Source of the DNA: Epiperipatus broadwayi
Lineage: Eukaryota > Animalia > Onychophora
Assembly: GCA_028023455.1 (NCBI GenBank)
Contig: JAQFVV010000008.1
Coordinates: 17,608,001-17,672,000, forward strand
Direction of reading: 5' to 3'
Length of the DNA: 64,000 bases
Shown in pieces: positions 25,844 through 37,032 of the stretch (within the stretch, counting starts at the first letter, position 1; each line of letters opens with the position of its first letter). The notes under the pieces are model-generated. The model made no database searches, had not been told where the DNA came from, and was given only the letters and a program-made list of their open reading frames with translations. The translations under genes were made by a program, and so were the position numbers.

Positions 25844-26080
25844 CAACATTGATATATTGACACATTCTAAAACTCATAAGTCTGTACAAAAATTAAACTA
25901 TAATTTTTTTTACCATTATGTTTGTATTTTATAAGCTTTCAAATTAATAAAAAAAAACATAGTTATAATTTTTTTTTGGCAAGGATTAACAATATCACAA
26001 GCGGCAGCCATTTTTATTGAAATGATTACCCGGATGTACTTAAGAGGGCACTGTATTTATAAAATCAAGATGGCAGTTGT
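25844..26080. promoter_or_regulatory. Putative compact bidirectional promoter
   Basis: Opposite-facing YY1-like motifs (AAAATGGCTGCC on - near 26004-26015; AAGATGGCAG on + near 26067-26076), an ETS-like CCGGATGT at 26030-26037, local CpG enrichment, and a - strand GTAAGT donor at 25843. Confidence 0.5.
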
Positions 26081-26131
26081 AGATGTAGAAAACGTGGATG
26101 CGTTTAAGAAAATTATTGCCGATTCACCAGG
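26070..26131 (+). CDS. GLRX3: Glutaredoxin-3 (PICOT) coding exon 1
   Basis: ATG at 26070 in AAGATGGC context; translates MAVVDVENVDAFKKIIADSP+GG; GT donor at 26132; phase 2 joins in frame to the exon at 35543. Confidence 0.8.
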
Positions 26132-27632
26132 GTGAATACTTTTTTATTTGTATTTAATGAATTTTACATTAAGTTGACGTTATTATCTTATGATTATTTT
26201 GTGATTGGTTGCCAAACTGAATGTTTATAGAATAAATTTATATATACATATTTATTCCTCTTGTTTAATTAATCAAAGAATTCTCAAAATGAATTTTGAT
26301 CGATTTCACTCGAACGGCAACTGATTTTTTAAAGAGAAAATAAGTGAACTTTGAAATAAATAGTACATTAATTGAAAGCGAGAATTTTTTTTTTACCTAG
26401 ACAGTAGTTCACGATTTATAATAATTGGAATTATTAACTAATTTCATTCTTGTAATACAATATAAGGTATACCCAATATAATATTAATATTTTATCATAA
26501 ATCACGCTCTTGCTCAACTATATATTTAATTGCGTACTCAAATTAGGCATTTATGAATATTTACCTAGTTTGTATTGATAATTGGAAAGTGTCATTACGA
26601 GACAACAAATTTGGATGAAAAATTTTAAGCGCAAAAATATTTAAACTTGACTTATTCAAAAGTAAATTTTATCTTTTCTGGATAATAACTTTCACAAATA
26701 AATCATAGAAATTTCAGTAATTAAGATTGTAAACAAGCAATAATTTAAATATTAGCTTCAGTTATTATTTCAATAATCTAAAGTTAAACTGATAAAGGAT
26801 AGACATCAATGTTTATTCAATTTTTTCTAATATACTGTATGCTACCCACATGTATGTTAGTCAGTTAACACTAACTTTATCATACTCATAGATTGTAATA
26901 CGCACACACACACACAAAAACAAAATATAAATACAATGCATTTATTTCAACTTAAACTGTATTAAAGAATAAAACTATATATTTAAAAAAAAAAAACAAA
27001 ACAAGGTAATGGTTATTTCCATACTCTTCAATTACCCCAAGATTAAGATTTCTTGGCTATGTTAAAAACATACTATTTCTCAGAAATGTATAACCTCAAT
27101 GTAATATATTTTGTTAATATCTTCATGAATAAAAATTTTTTGTTTGTATCATTGCTAAAAAATTTATCTAGATTATTACATGGAAATTTCCGTACGTTTT
27201 TAATGCTTATGTTAGCATCAAAAATATGGACATTTGTTAGTAGTATATTGTTGACTCATGAAGCACAGACTGATCTTAAGAATGCTTATATTCGAATTTT
27301 TAAAAATAAAATAAATAAAATTGCAGTAATTTTTATGGAATATCATTTTTCACTACAGCAAAAATACTTGTAAGGATTTTATTGAATACATCGTTTTCAT
27401 ATATAAATTCTTGTTTTAGAGCATCACAAAACACTGTAGACATGGTATTTATTGCCAGGCAAATGCAAGTTGGGAATAAAAAAATGATTTATATATTTTT
27501 TATTGATTTAGTCATTAGACTCAATTAAACAGATTGATAACATTTATTAAAATGAATTGTTCACAAAAGCTTCTAATGTGATGGAATCAGAGGAAATATT
27601 ACTACAAGTTGAAAAATCTGAGGCATTTGTAA

Positions 27633-30410
27633 TCACCATCATTATCAATCATTATCAGTCCACTGCAGGATGAAGGTCTTTCCAAGTTCAATTTATCTTC
27701 TCCGATCTTTAGCTTCTTTTCTCCACATCACCTTTGCACACTTTCTTATTTCATTCATCCATTTCACATGTGATCTCTTTCTGGGTCTTTTACAATCTCT
27801 TGGAATCCAGTTTAAGATTTCAATTGTCCATCTATTATCATCTCTGCTAGTAATATGTTCAGCCCAACTCCACTTCAGTCTTTTAATTTTTTCAATGAGA
27901 TCAGTAACACCTGTTTGTTCTCTTACCCATATATTGCGTTTTTGATCTCTTCTTGTTACTCCCAACATGCATCTCTCCATACTTCTTTGAGTGGTCTGAA
28001 GTCTCTGTATTGCTCTTCTATTAAGTGTCCAAGTCTCAGATCCATAAGTAAGAACTGGTAAAACACATTTGTTAAAAAATCTTCCTTTTCAAACATATCG
28101 GCATATTTCTTTTTAGTATCAAGTTATTTCTACCAAAAGCACTCCAAACAAGTTTAATTCTATGATTAATTTCATCCATTATGGTTTCATCTGTATTAAT
28201 AATCTGACCAAGGTATTTGTAACTGTTAACTTCTTCTAACTCATCATAATCAATCTTTATTTTCATATTTTGAGAAAATCCATTAAACATTACTTTAGTC
28301 TTTTTAACATTTATCTTTAGTCCTATTTTCCTACTTTCATCTGATAACTCCTGCAACATTTTCTGCAGCTCTAAAGCATTATTTGCAAAAACAACTACAC
28401 CATCTGCAAAATCTAAATTACTTAAATAATCTCCATTTACTTTCACTCCTTTAGCTTCCCATTTGAATCCACAAAATACTTCTTGCAGCACTGCTGTAAA
28501 AAGTTTTGGAGAAATGAGGTCACCCAGTCTTACAGCCTTATCAATGTTGACTTTTCCAGTATCATTATGTAATCTAATTGTTGCTGTTGCATTTTTATAA
28601 ATATTCTTTAAAATATGAAAATATCCTGGATCTATCTATACCTCGATGATCTAATGCTTTAATCACTGAAGAAATGTTTATAGAATCAAATGCCTTTTCA
28701 TAATCTACAAATCCAAATCATAATGGCAACTCATATTCATTTGTCCTTTCTATAACTTCTCTCAATACCTGGATATAATCTACTGTACTAAAACCACTTT
28801 TAAATCCAGCTTGTTCTCTTGGTGGAAATTCAATGTTCTCTGTAGACGAGTTGTAATTATCTTGGTAAAAATTTTGTATAAAACTGATAAAAGGCTTATA
28901 GGTCTGTAATTTCTAATATCTTTTTTATCATCTTTTTTAAATATTAATATTAATACTGCATTTTTTCAATCATCTGGTACATCTTTATCATTTAGACATT
29001 TGGTATATAACTTTGCTAAAAAAATTTCTAATTATTCACCTGCTTCTTTTTATATCAATTATAATTCCATCATTACCTGGAAACTTTCCTTTCTTTATAC
29101 ATTTAATTGCATGTCTCACTTCTTCATTTAAAATTCTGGGCAATCTTTTTTTTATTGCAGATATAAATTTCCTACCAATACCAAAATGTTGTTTTACACT
29201 CTTGAGTCTTTTATTTTCTTCTACAGCTTTCCTTGCTAGTTCACAGTTATACTTTCTTATGTCATTTTCAATTCTTTTCCGCATCATTTTACAAAATTCG
29301 AGATATTCAATTCTTTTTAATGTATCATTTTTGTATATCTTCATATTCCTTCTTTTCTTCATAAATTCTCTAGTTTTTATTGGTCATTTGCTGCTTTTTT
29401 CTACCAGCTATCTTTGTTGCAGTTTTTGAAAGTGTATCAGTTATTTTCATATTAATTTCATTCAAATCTGAATCACGTTCAAAATCTACTAATACTTGTA
29501 ACCGATTTGTAAGTTCTAATTTAAATTCATTAGAATGTTTCTGAAGATTAGGAATATCAACTGTAAATATTGTTTTTCATAATAATTTTTGTCTCTCTAG
29601 TTTTCAATTAATACATTCCTTACATCTTATTAATCGATGATCACTTTCTGTGTTAAATTTATTAAGAACATTACAATCTTGAAATATGTATTTTTTGTTA
29701 GTCAAAATATAATCCGATTCTGCTGTACCTTCATTTGGATGCTTCCATGTCCATTTCCTTTTAACATTTTTCTCAAAAAAAAAAAAGAATTCATAATATA
29801 AAGTTTTTCTTTTTCTGCAAAAACCACAAGTCTATGTCCTCTTTCATTTCTATTACCATAACCAAAATTACCTACAGCACTTTCATTTGTTTACCAATTC
29901 TATCATTAAAGTCTCCCATAACAATTTTAAAATGTTGTTTACTCTGATCAAAAGCCTTTTGTACATCCATGTAAAAATCTTCTACTACTTCATCACTATG
30001 AGAATTTGTTGGGGCATAAACCTGAATTATCTGCCACTTTGTCCGATACACCATCAATCTCCTCAATGTTTTTCCACTTTTTATTTATAATGAATCCTAC
30101 TTCACTTGTATTTCCAATATTGTTGCCTTTATAATAGAGTACATGTCCACTTTTTAAATCAATTGTCTCTTCACCTTTTCTTCTAACTTCACAAAGTCCA
30201 ATAATGTCCCATTTTATATAAGACAGTTCTTTTTCTAATTCTTGCAATCTTCCTTTACTTGAGTGTGATCTGCAGTTGTAAGTACCTAAATAAAAAGTCG
30301 TCCTCAAATGGCAGTCTGGGTCTGCAATCGGGATTCTTAGCATCCTCCACCTTCGGCCAGCAACCACTGCCTTGGTTGGTGACTTTACAGCTTCCTGGAA
30401 ATAAGGGCCA
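27633..30410 (-). mobile_element. RTE-clade LINE, near full length, decayed
   Basis: APE LGTYNCRS..WDIIGLCEVRR, IIQVYAPT..MGDFN; RT YLSNLDFADG, YKYLGQ; C-terminal MERCMLGV..KWSWAEH..DNRW..W.PRD.KRPR; 3' end CAGTGGACTGAT with a (TGA)-rich tail. The 5' UTR may extend to ~30720. Confidence 0.92.
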
Positions 30411-30734
30411 TGATTTATTTTTGTCTGTCATAATTGTATATATTTATTGGAAAAATATTTTATCATTTTCACAAACGTTCATTCTGCCTTATCAGGCAAC
30501 TGAGTAGAAAGACCATGGTGTTTTTTAATCTTAAACTCAGAGGTAAAAAGCCAATAAACTCACAACGCTGGCTAATGCGGGTTGGTGAGCAGCCCATCCA
30601 TGTTCGTATATTATATGAATAAATCACATAGTAATAACAGCTTCTACACCAAGAACGTATGGAATCGACATTAGGAATTTGCCTGCTTGGTTTCTTTAAG
30701 ACCTCCAAGAGGAATCAAAGAGTCTCCTTTCAGT

Positions 30735-31345
30735 TAATAGTAAACTCCTTTCTGCAGCCAGGCATTTGTAATAAAAGCTGGTATTAAACAAGGATATTTA
30801 CTTCCTTCAACATTATTTTTGATTTTTAAGATACTGTTTTTGGAACTGTTTGTAGGAAACTTAGATCAAGATTACATATAGGTTTGATGGTGAAAATTTT
30901 AATTTGAATCGGTTAAAAATAAAAAGAATTTTATCTTTTTGGATTCTGAATATACAGTATATTGATGATTGTACTATTTTTGCCAGTTCTAAAGATGTTC
31001 TACAGATATAATATATAAAGACTAATAATTAATGTGCAAAAAGTTTAAGGTCTTCATCAGTCAGTGATGAAAGAAAAATCCTTGGCAATTCTTTTCTTAA
31101 TACTTTTATAAGCAGAAAAGTGAATTTAAAATGTTGGGATGCAGTTCAGAATCCAATGAATTGCTGTTGTTTTTAACAAATTAAAAAAGTGAATATTTCG
31201 TCGCAGGAAAATAATTATCACAACTAATTTAGTAGCATATAGAGGTGTTATTTTACCAAATATATTGTATGGAAATGCTACTTGGAAAATCTGGGCATTA
31301 GAAAAATTTTATTTAAAAATGGTTTGTAAAATTTTAAAAATATAA
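30735..31345 (+). mobile_element. BovB-like RTE RT relic
   Basis: GIKQG (30781) and YIDDCTIFASSKDVLQ (~30958), plus a F(D)GENFNL.RLK-like insert typical of BovB/RTE-X RT; many stops. Confidence 0.6.
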
Positions 31346-31353
31346 TATGATTT

Positions 31354-31945
31354 GATGTGATATGTTGGAGTATTTCCATCATTTATGAGTGAATGTTGAA
31401 TGAATAGAAAATTTTAAACTAAATTTAAACTTTCCAAATACAAACAACTTGTTAGTAATAACAGACAAATAGACAATACAGGTTAATAATTACACGTTTT
31501 GAGTAGTATTATTCTCCACTCTTTTTCAGGTGTTGCTGGCCTATATGCACAGTGACAACATTTGCTTAGAAGTTGAACTTGTACCTTTAGATTCTTGAAT
31601 ATTGGATTTAAGGCAAACACTATAGCTCAGTTGGTAGTGTGTTTGCCTCAAATTCAATATTCAAGAATCTAAAGGTGCGAGTTCAACTTCTAAGCGAATA
31701 TTGTCACTGTGCATATAGGCCCGCAATACCTGAAGAAGAGTGGAGAATAATACTACTCGAGACGTTGTGTAATTACTAACCTGTATTGTCTATTTGTGTT
31801 ATTACTAACAAGTTGTTTGTATTTGGAAAGTTTAAATAATGTTTAAAATTTTCTATACATTCAAACATTCACTCATAAATGATGGAAATAGTCGAACATA
31901 TCACATCTTATAATATACCATCATTACAAACCTTCAGACAAATAT
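31354..31945. mobile_element. ORF-less tRNA-head/hammerhead element (+, 31621-31945) fused to its own inverted, 5'-truncated copy (-, 31354-31620)
   Basis: Arms of ~270 bp pair from 31354 to 31907. A-box TAGCTCAGTTGG (31623-34) lies in the loop; B-box-like GAGTTCAACTTC (31679-90); CTGAAGA (31730-36)...GAGACGTTGTG (31759-69). The tail is homologous to 25430-25590. Confidence 0.85.
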
Positions 31946-33239
31946 GATTTTTTTGAAACTAATATGCTTCGACTTGCTTTATGATTCTAGAGTCCATTCT
32001 TATAAAATCACAGCATCATTGGATTAGACATATAAAATGAATGAACAATATATGACTTCTTAAAAGGGATTTTATGATGAATTAAAGCATGGTTTTCACA
32101 GGAGAGGTAGACTTCATTTTTTATTATATCTCTTTAGACATTTTAAAGAATTGCAATATTGATTGTTTTTATTGGGAATATAGGGCAGAGAATAGAATAT
32201 ATTGGAGCTACAATTAGATTAAGTGTTGAAATATTTTACAAAGAAAAGTTAGATAGCATCACAAATATTAAACAGAAAAATGATACACTGTGAATCTATA
32301 TGTGTATGTGCTTTTTTTTGGGGGGTGGGGGGAGTTGGAATAGCCATATTTGTTTATGAGTGATTTCTATATTGTTTTTTATTAATGTTTAATTATGTAT
32401 ATATTGATATAAAAAATTCTTTGCCTAAGAATTAAATAATTAGACAAAATGAAATAAAACTGTAAAAAAAAATTTTTAAGGACACTTTTACTAATAATGC
32501 TGTGAGTTCTTAAATCTTTGAAATAAAAGTTGGCTTTTATATTTTGAAAAAATCAAATGGATTTAGATCAAGTGAATATTTAGTTTGATATTTCCTAATG
32601 TGAGTTGATACATATTTCGCAAGTAATTTTGCAGTAGAAGTAAAGAGCTCTTTTAATGCTAATAATCTATAAGCATATTTTTTCTAGAATCCCAAAATTC
32701 AGTTCATATGCCTGATGGAAGTGGGGAGTTTCTGGTTTTCCAGATAACAAATATGTTAAGGAATTTCTTTGGATTTGCTTCAAATAATATTATTTTGTGG
32801 AACAGTGATTTCTGATCTTTGATTACTGCTGACAAGAATCAAATATTTTAATACCTGACATGATCTCACTTTATATTCCTAGAATCTGTGAGTCAGGCAT
32901 TCCAGTAACATACATTGGGTATTTGGTTGTCATATATCTATTTTTTTAAGTTTTTTGGTATGGTTATCTTCCAGATTGGGAGGTCAATCCAAAATTCATC
33001 CATCTATCTTTCAATGTTTTCATTACTTCCTTCTGGATCTACTTGCATAATATACTATTTTTGAATGAAAAAATTGGATCATAATGTGAATATAGATTTT
33101 ATTTATTTTCTCTAATTTTATTTCTGAGTAAAACTTGGGAGTAAATAAACTAATCATTTATTGATATGCAGCAGGCATCTTTTTCAAAGCCATAGCAATG
33201 ATGACTCTTAATCTCTACAAAATCTAAATTTTTAATGCT

Positions 33240-33830
33240 GAAAAATGAGAACCTCATCTATGAAATATCATGTGAATGTGAAAGATATGTATTGGTGGAA
33301 CCAGCTACCACATTAAGAAATGTTTAAAAGAATACTAAGTAATGATTAGAGGAGAAAAGATAGATGTGCTTGAAGTATTAGACCATATGTACAAGTGAAC
33401 ATATCGATTGCGAAAACAAAAGTATATTGAGCAAGTAGAAAAAATAAAAAAGGAAATTTAAAAATTCTGTTCACATAACAATGGCAAAATACCTCATAAG
33501 TTAACTTAGTGTGATAATGCATAATGTTTGGAAATCACTCCTTAACTTTGCCCTTAAAGGGAAAAAAGAAAAAAATCAGGATTCTCATAAAAAGTATATT
33601 TTTTTACTGATTGGTCTCTTTGATAGAATAGCTTAATTTTTACTGATTGGTCTCTTTGATAGAATAGCTTAATGATCATTAATTCTGTTCTGTTATTATA
33701 CAGTCACTGATCAGGCTAGCAATACTAAAGAAAATGGGAGAGTAATACTACATGAAAACTTGTATTCTGGTATTAATATGTGTTATTACTAAGATTTGAA
33801 TGTATTTGGAAAAGTGTAAATAAAAGTTTG
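33240..33830 (+). mobile_element. Decayed PLE 3' fragment (GIY-YIG end plus terminal repeat)
   Basis: NLIYEISCECE-like reading and MHNVWKSLLNFALK match the 25180-25260 region. Decayed head and hammerhead region at 33600-33760, with a 36-bp tandem duplication at 33602-33673. Confidence 0.75.
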
Positions 33831-35542
33831 ACTTTTAAAAAAAAAAAAAAAGTTCAGCAATTGGTCTAGATCATGGAAATAATCCAAACTATGAATGAAC
33901 AAATGATACATATGGATGGAATTAGATGAATATTAATTAAAATAAAGATTTTAAAGTGTATACATTATTACATATTGATATACCTTAAATAATGACCTTA
34001 GAAATGGATCTACTAATTGATCATGTTTTTAAATCCAGAAATATTGATATATAATAATTTTGCAGAAAATATTTGTATTTATTCATGTAATTTGTATTTA
34101 TAATAAATGTTGTATGAGTGAATGATTGTTACTTTGAAAAGTAAATATGTATTTTTTATATAAATTAAAGTTTTGATGTTTATTTTGATTTTATTAGAAT
34201 TACTGTTTTGAGATGTTAAAAAAATAGTCATAATATTAATTTTAAATGGAAATAAATATATCACTTGTTGATTAGATAATAAGTATAAAAGGAAAAAAAT
34301 AGTAAGTGCATTTCAAAAATTGTATTGTAAATCAGAGGCATATAGATAAAATGGTTAAATCATAGAAAACATACTATATAACATTTATAAACACAATTTG
34401 TAATATAGCAGGGTAAATAAACATTACTAATTACTGAATTTTTTTTGCATATATACATTTTGTGGATGAAAAATTGAACTAAAAGTGAATTGATTGAAGT
34501 TAATCACAATGGAGAGTTTTAACTAGAGGATGAATGAATGATTCAATATATATGAAAAGTATTTATAAAAATGATTCTTTATAAAATAAAATAATTAATT
34601 GTTTTGAAAACATTTATGTCTTTGGGGAAAAATAATGGAAATGAAATAAAATGAACACGCTAATTCTTGCCTGGATTAGGAATGGAGATAATGGAAAGAA
34701 CATTCTTTGTTCTTAATTTATAAGGGAAAGTTTGCGTATCTACAGCTTTCACAATTTATTAATATGGAGATTGATAATGGAAAAAATTATAAATTTTTCA
34801 ATAGTGTTTTTTTTTGTTGTTGACATTTTTAAAACCAAACATTAGATTAAATTAATGTAATATATTTACAAGTTATAATATACTTATTAAAATGGAGATA
34901 GTTAATAAAATAATAAAAAATGCTTTTATAATTTATGTTTGTAATAAACTTAACATGCTATACAAATCTGATTTTATTTAAATCCTTAGTAAGAGAGTTT
35001 TAGGAAATGAAATTTTATTTATTTGTTATCAAGAATGTGGTTATAAATAAAGAGAACTAAGCTATAATTGTTTTTTTTTGCCTATTCATATATTATGTTT
35101 GTGATATATATATTTTTATTTTCTAAAATTTCAGCACAGAGTGTATTATCTTGATAATAATGGAAAATATTAAATTATTTATTATTTGACATATTATTTA
35201 TTATGCTTATATTAAAAAAAAGTAAAATTAGGAGTACATTATTTTTTAATATTTGCTTTCAACATTTTATGTATTTTTAGAAGAACATCATAGCATAGGA
35301 ATTTCTCCGAGTTTTAATATAAACTTGCAAATTAAGGTGAATCTGTATGAGGAGTTGGATAGGAGAGTATAATTTGATGACATGCTTCAGAAAATATTGC
35401 TAAAAAATTAAAAAAAGAGAAGTAACATACTATTTGTGTTTATAGATATATATATTGTTAGTTAACATGCATATATGTATTATTTTATCTTTGTTATGAG
35501 TTATTTTGCTTTTTTTAATTAAAAACATTTTTATTTTATTAG

Positions 35543-35723
35543 AGGTGTTGTAGCCCATTTTTGGGCATCTTGGGCTCCCCAATGTTTACAGATGAATTCA
35601 GTTATGGTGGAATTAGCTACACTTAATCCAGCAATTAAATTTATTAAAGTAGAAGCAGAAAACTTACCAGAATTATCACTTCAGTATCAGATTAGTGCTG
35701 TTCCTACATTTATTTTATTTAAG
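35543..35723 (+). CDS. GLRX3: Glutaredoxin-3 coding exon 2 (thioredoxin-like domain)
   Basis: AG acceptor 35541-2, GT donor 35724; [60 protein letters not shown]. The WAPQC and VPTF motifs are typical of the GLRX3 Trx-like domain. Confidence 0.95.
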
Positions 35724-36200
35724 GTAAATTTAAGTTGAAATATATAAATTTTTTTATTAAAAATATTTATTATCTCTAAAGTTTAGTTATAATTAAATAT
35801 TAATGTAGATATTACAAATTGTGAATAAAGAGATCTATTGTCTTGAATACAGATAAAGAAAATTATTTACATTTTTGTAATTCTTATCCATTCCTAAATT
35901 GTCTCTTTGGCCATCAGACATTGATCTGTATCTCTTCAATTATAAAATATGTTGACAAGATTGAAAAAAAAGCTATAAATTTCATTTTATATTTTTTCTG
36001 TGTTAATTATGTCACATTTTATTGTCTCGATCTTATGCTTGATCATAACTATTATTGAACTTTCCATACAGTAGTGCCTCTCAGTGCAAGCCAGATTAAT
36101 CAATGGATGCCAGAAGGCTTGTGCATAAAATCCCTATCTAGTGCCTACTAAGCTAATGAGAAGTAGTAATTAATTCATATATCACACAGAAAGCTAATAG

Positions 36201-36321
36201 CCTGTATTCAGTGTGCTTTAAAATTCGCAATAATCAAGCATATTTTGCCGATAGAGGGATCTTCCAAACCATGGCAAAATATGCTTGATTATTGCGAATT
36301 TTAAAGCACGTTGAATACAGG
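36201..36321. repeat. 49-bp-arm hairpin with a 23-nt loop
   Basis: 36201-36249 pairs with 36273-36321 almost perfectly. Confidence 0.92.
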
Positions 36322-36478
36322 TTAGTGCCTGCTCAGACTATTTATATAAGCTAATGAGCTTGGATTGAAAATATTATTGTTTTCAATTTTAGACTCATAG
36401 TTTTGTAGTTAAGTAGAGTTAAAAGGTGGCTGCTGGAGGGTTGCATTAGATCCTAAGGTCTAGATGTAGTGCTCTCAG

Positions 36479-36536
36479 ATCCAAGACTCCTCACTGATGA
36501 AAACCACAAGCTGGAAACTAGTCTGGGATATTGGAT
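36479..36536 (+). ncRNA. Type I hammerhead ribozyme motif (second family), stem II decayed
   Basis: CTGATGA (36494-500), GAAAC (36514-18), palindromic ACTAGT stem III and GTC site (36521-23). Stem I ctca/tggg plus distal atccaa/ttggat separated by an internal loop. Confidence 0.65.
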
Positions 36537-36774
36537 GAGTAGGCTCTAGATAGGGATTTTATGCATAAGCCTTCTAGCATCCATTGATTATCCTGGTTTG
36601 TACTGAGTAGCACTACTGTATGGAGAATTTTGCCTGTTATAATAAAATTATTTTTTATTTTAAAAGTGCTATAGTTAGATGGATCCTTGAAATATTTTCA
36701 TCCAGGCTCCCATAAATATAAATATATATATATATATATGTAATATAAAAATAAAATGTCCGTTAATTAAAACA

Positions 36775-37032
36775 AATAACGGTAAAAAACTATTATAAAC
36801 AATTCTTAAATTCGCAGAAGTACTTTCGGTTAATTTCTTGAACCTGCCTCAACTGCCATTAAAATTCAAAAAAAAAGAAAAGAAAACAAAGCGCTTTGTT
36901 TTCTTTTCTTTTTTTTTGAATTTTGTTTTCTTTTCTTTTTTTTGAATTTTAATGGCAGTTGAGGCAGGTTCAAGAAATTAACCGAAAGTATGCAAATTTA
37001 AGGATTGTTTATAATAGTTTGTTACCGTTATT
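36775..37032. repeat. Loopless palindrome centred on AAAGCGCTTT (36892/3)
   Basis: Arms of ~118 bp with no spacer; the right arm has a ~27-bp internal duplication. Confidence 0.92.

Larger units (their letters stand above)
36061..36626. repeat. ~90-bp inverted repeat pair enclosing a hairpin and a hammerhead motif
   Basis: 36061-36151 is the reverse complement of 36536-36626. Confidence 0.9.

Noticed and set aside
31040-31062. CTGATGAAGACC on the - strand (hammerhead-like start)
   Set aside because: No GAAAC partner; it lies within BovB-like RT coding remnant.
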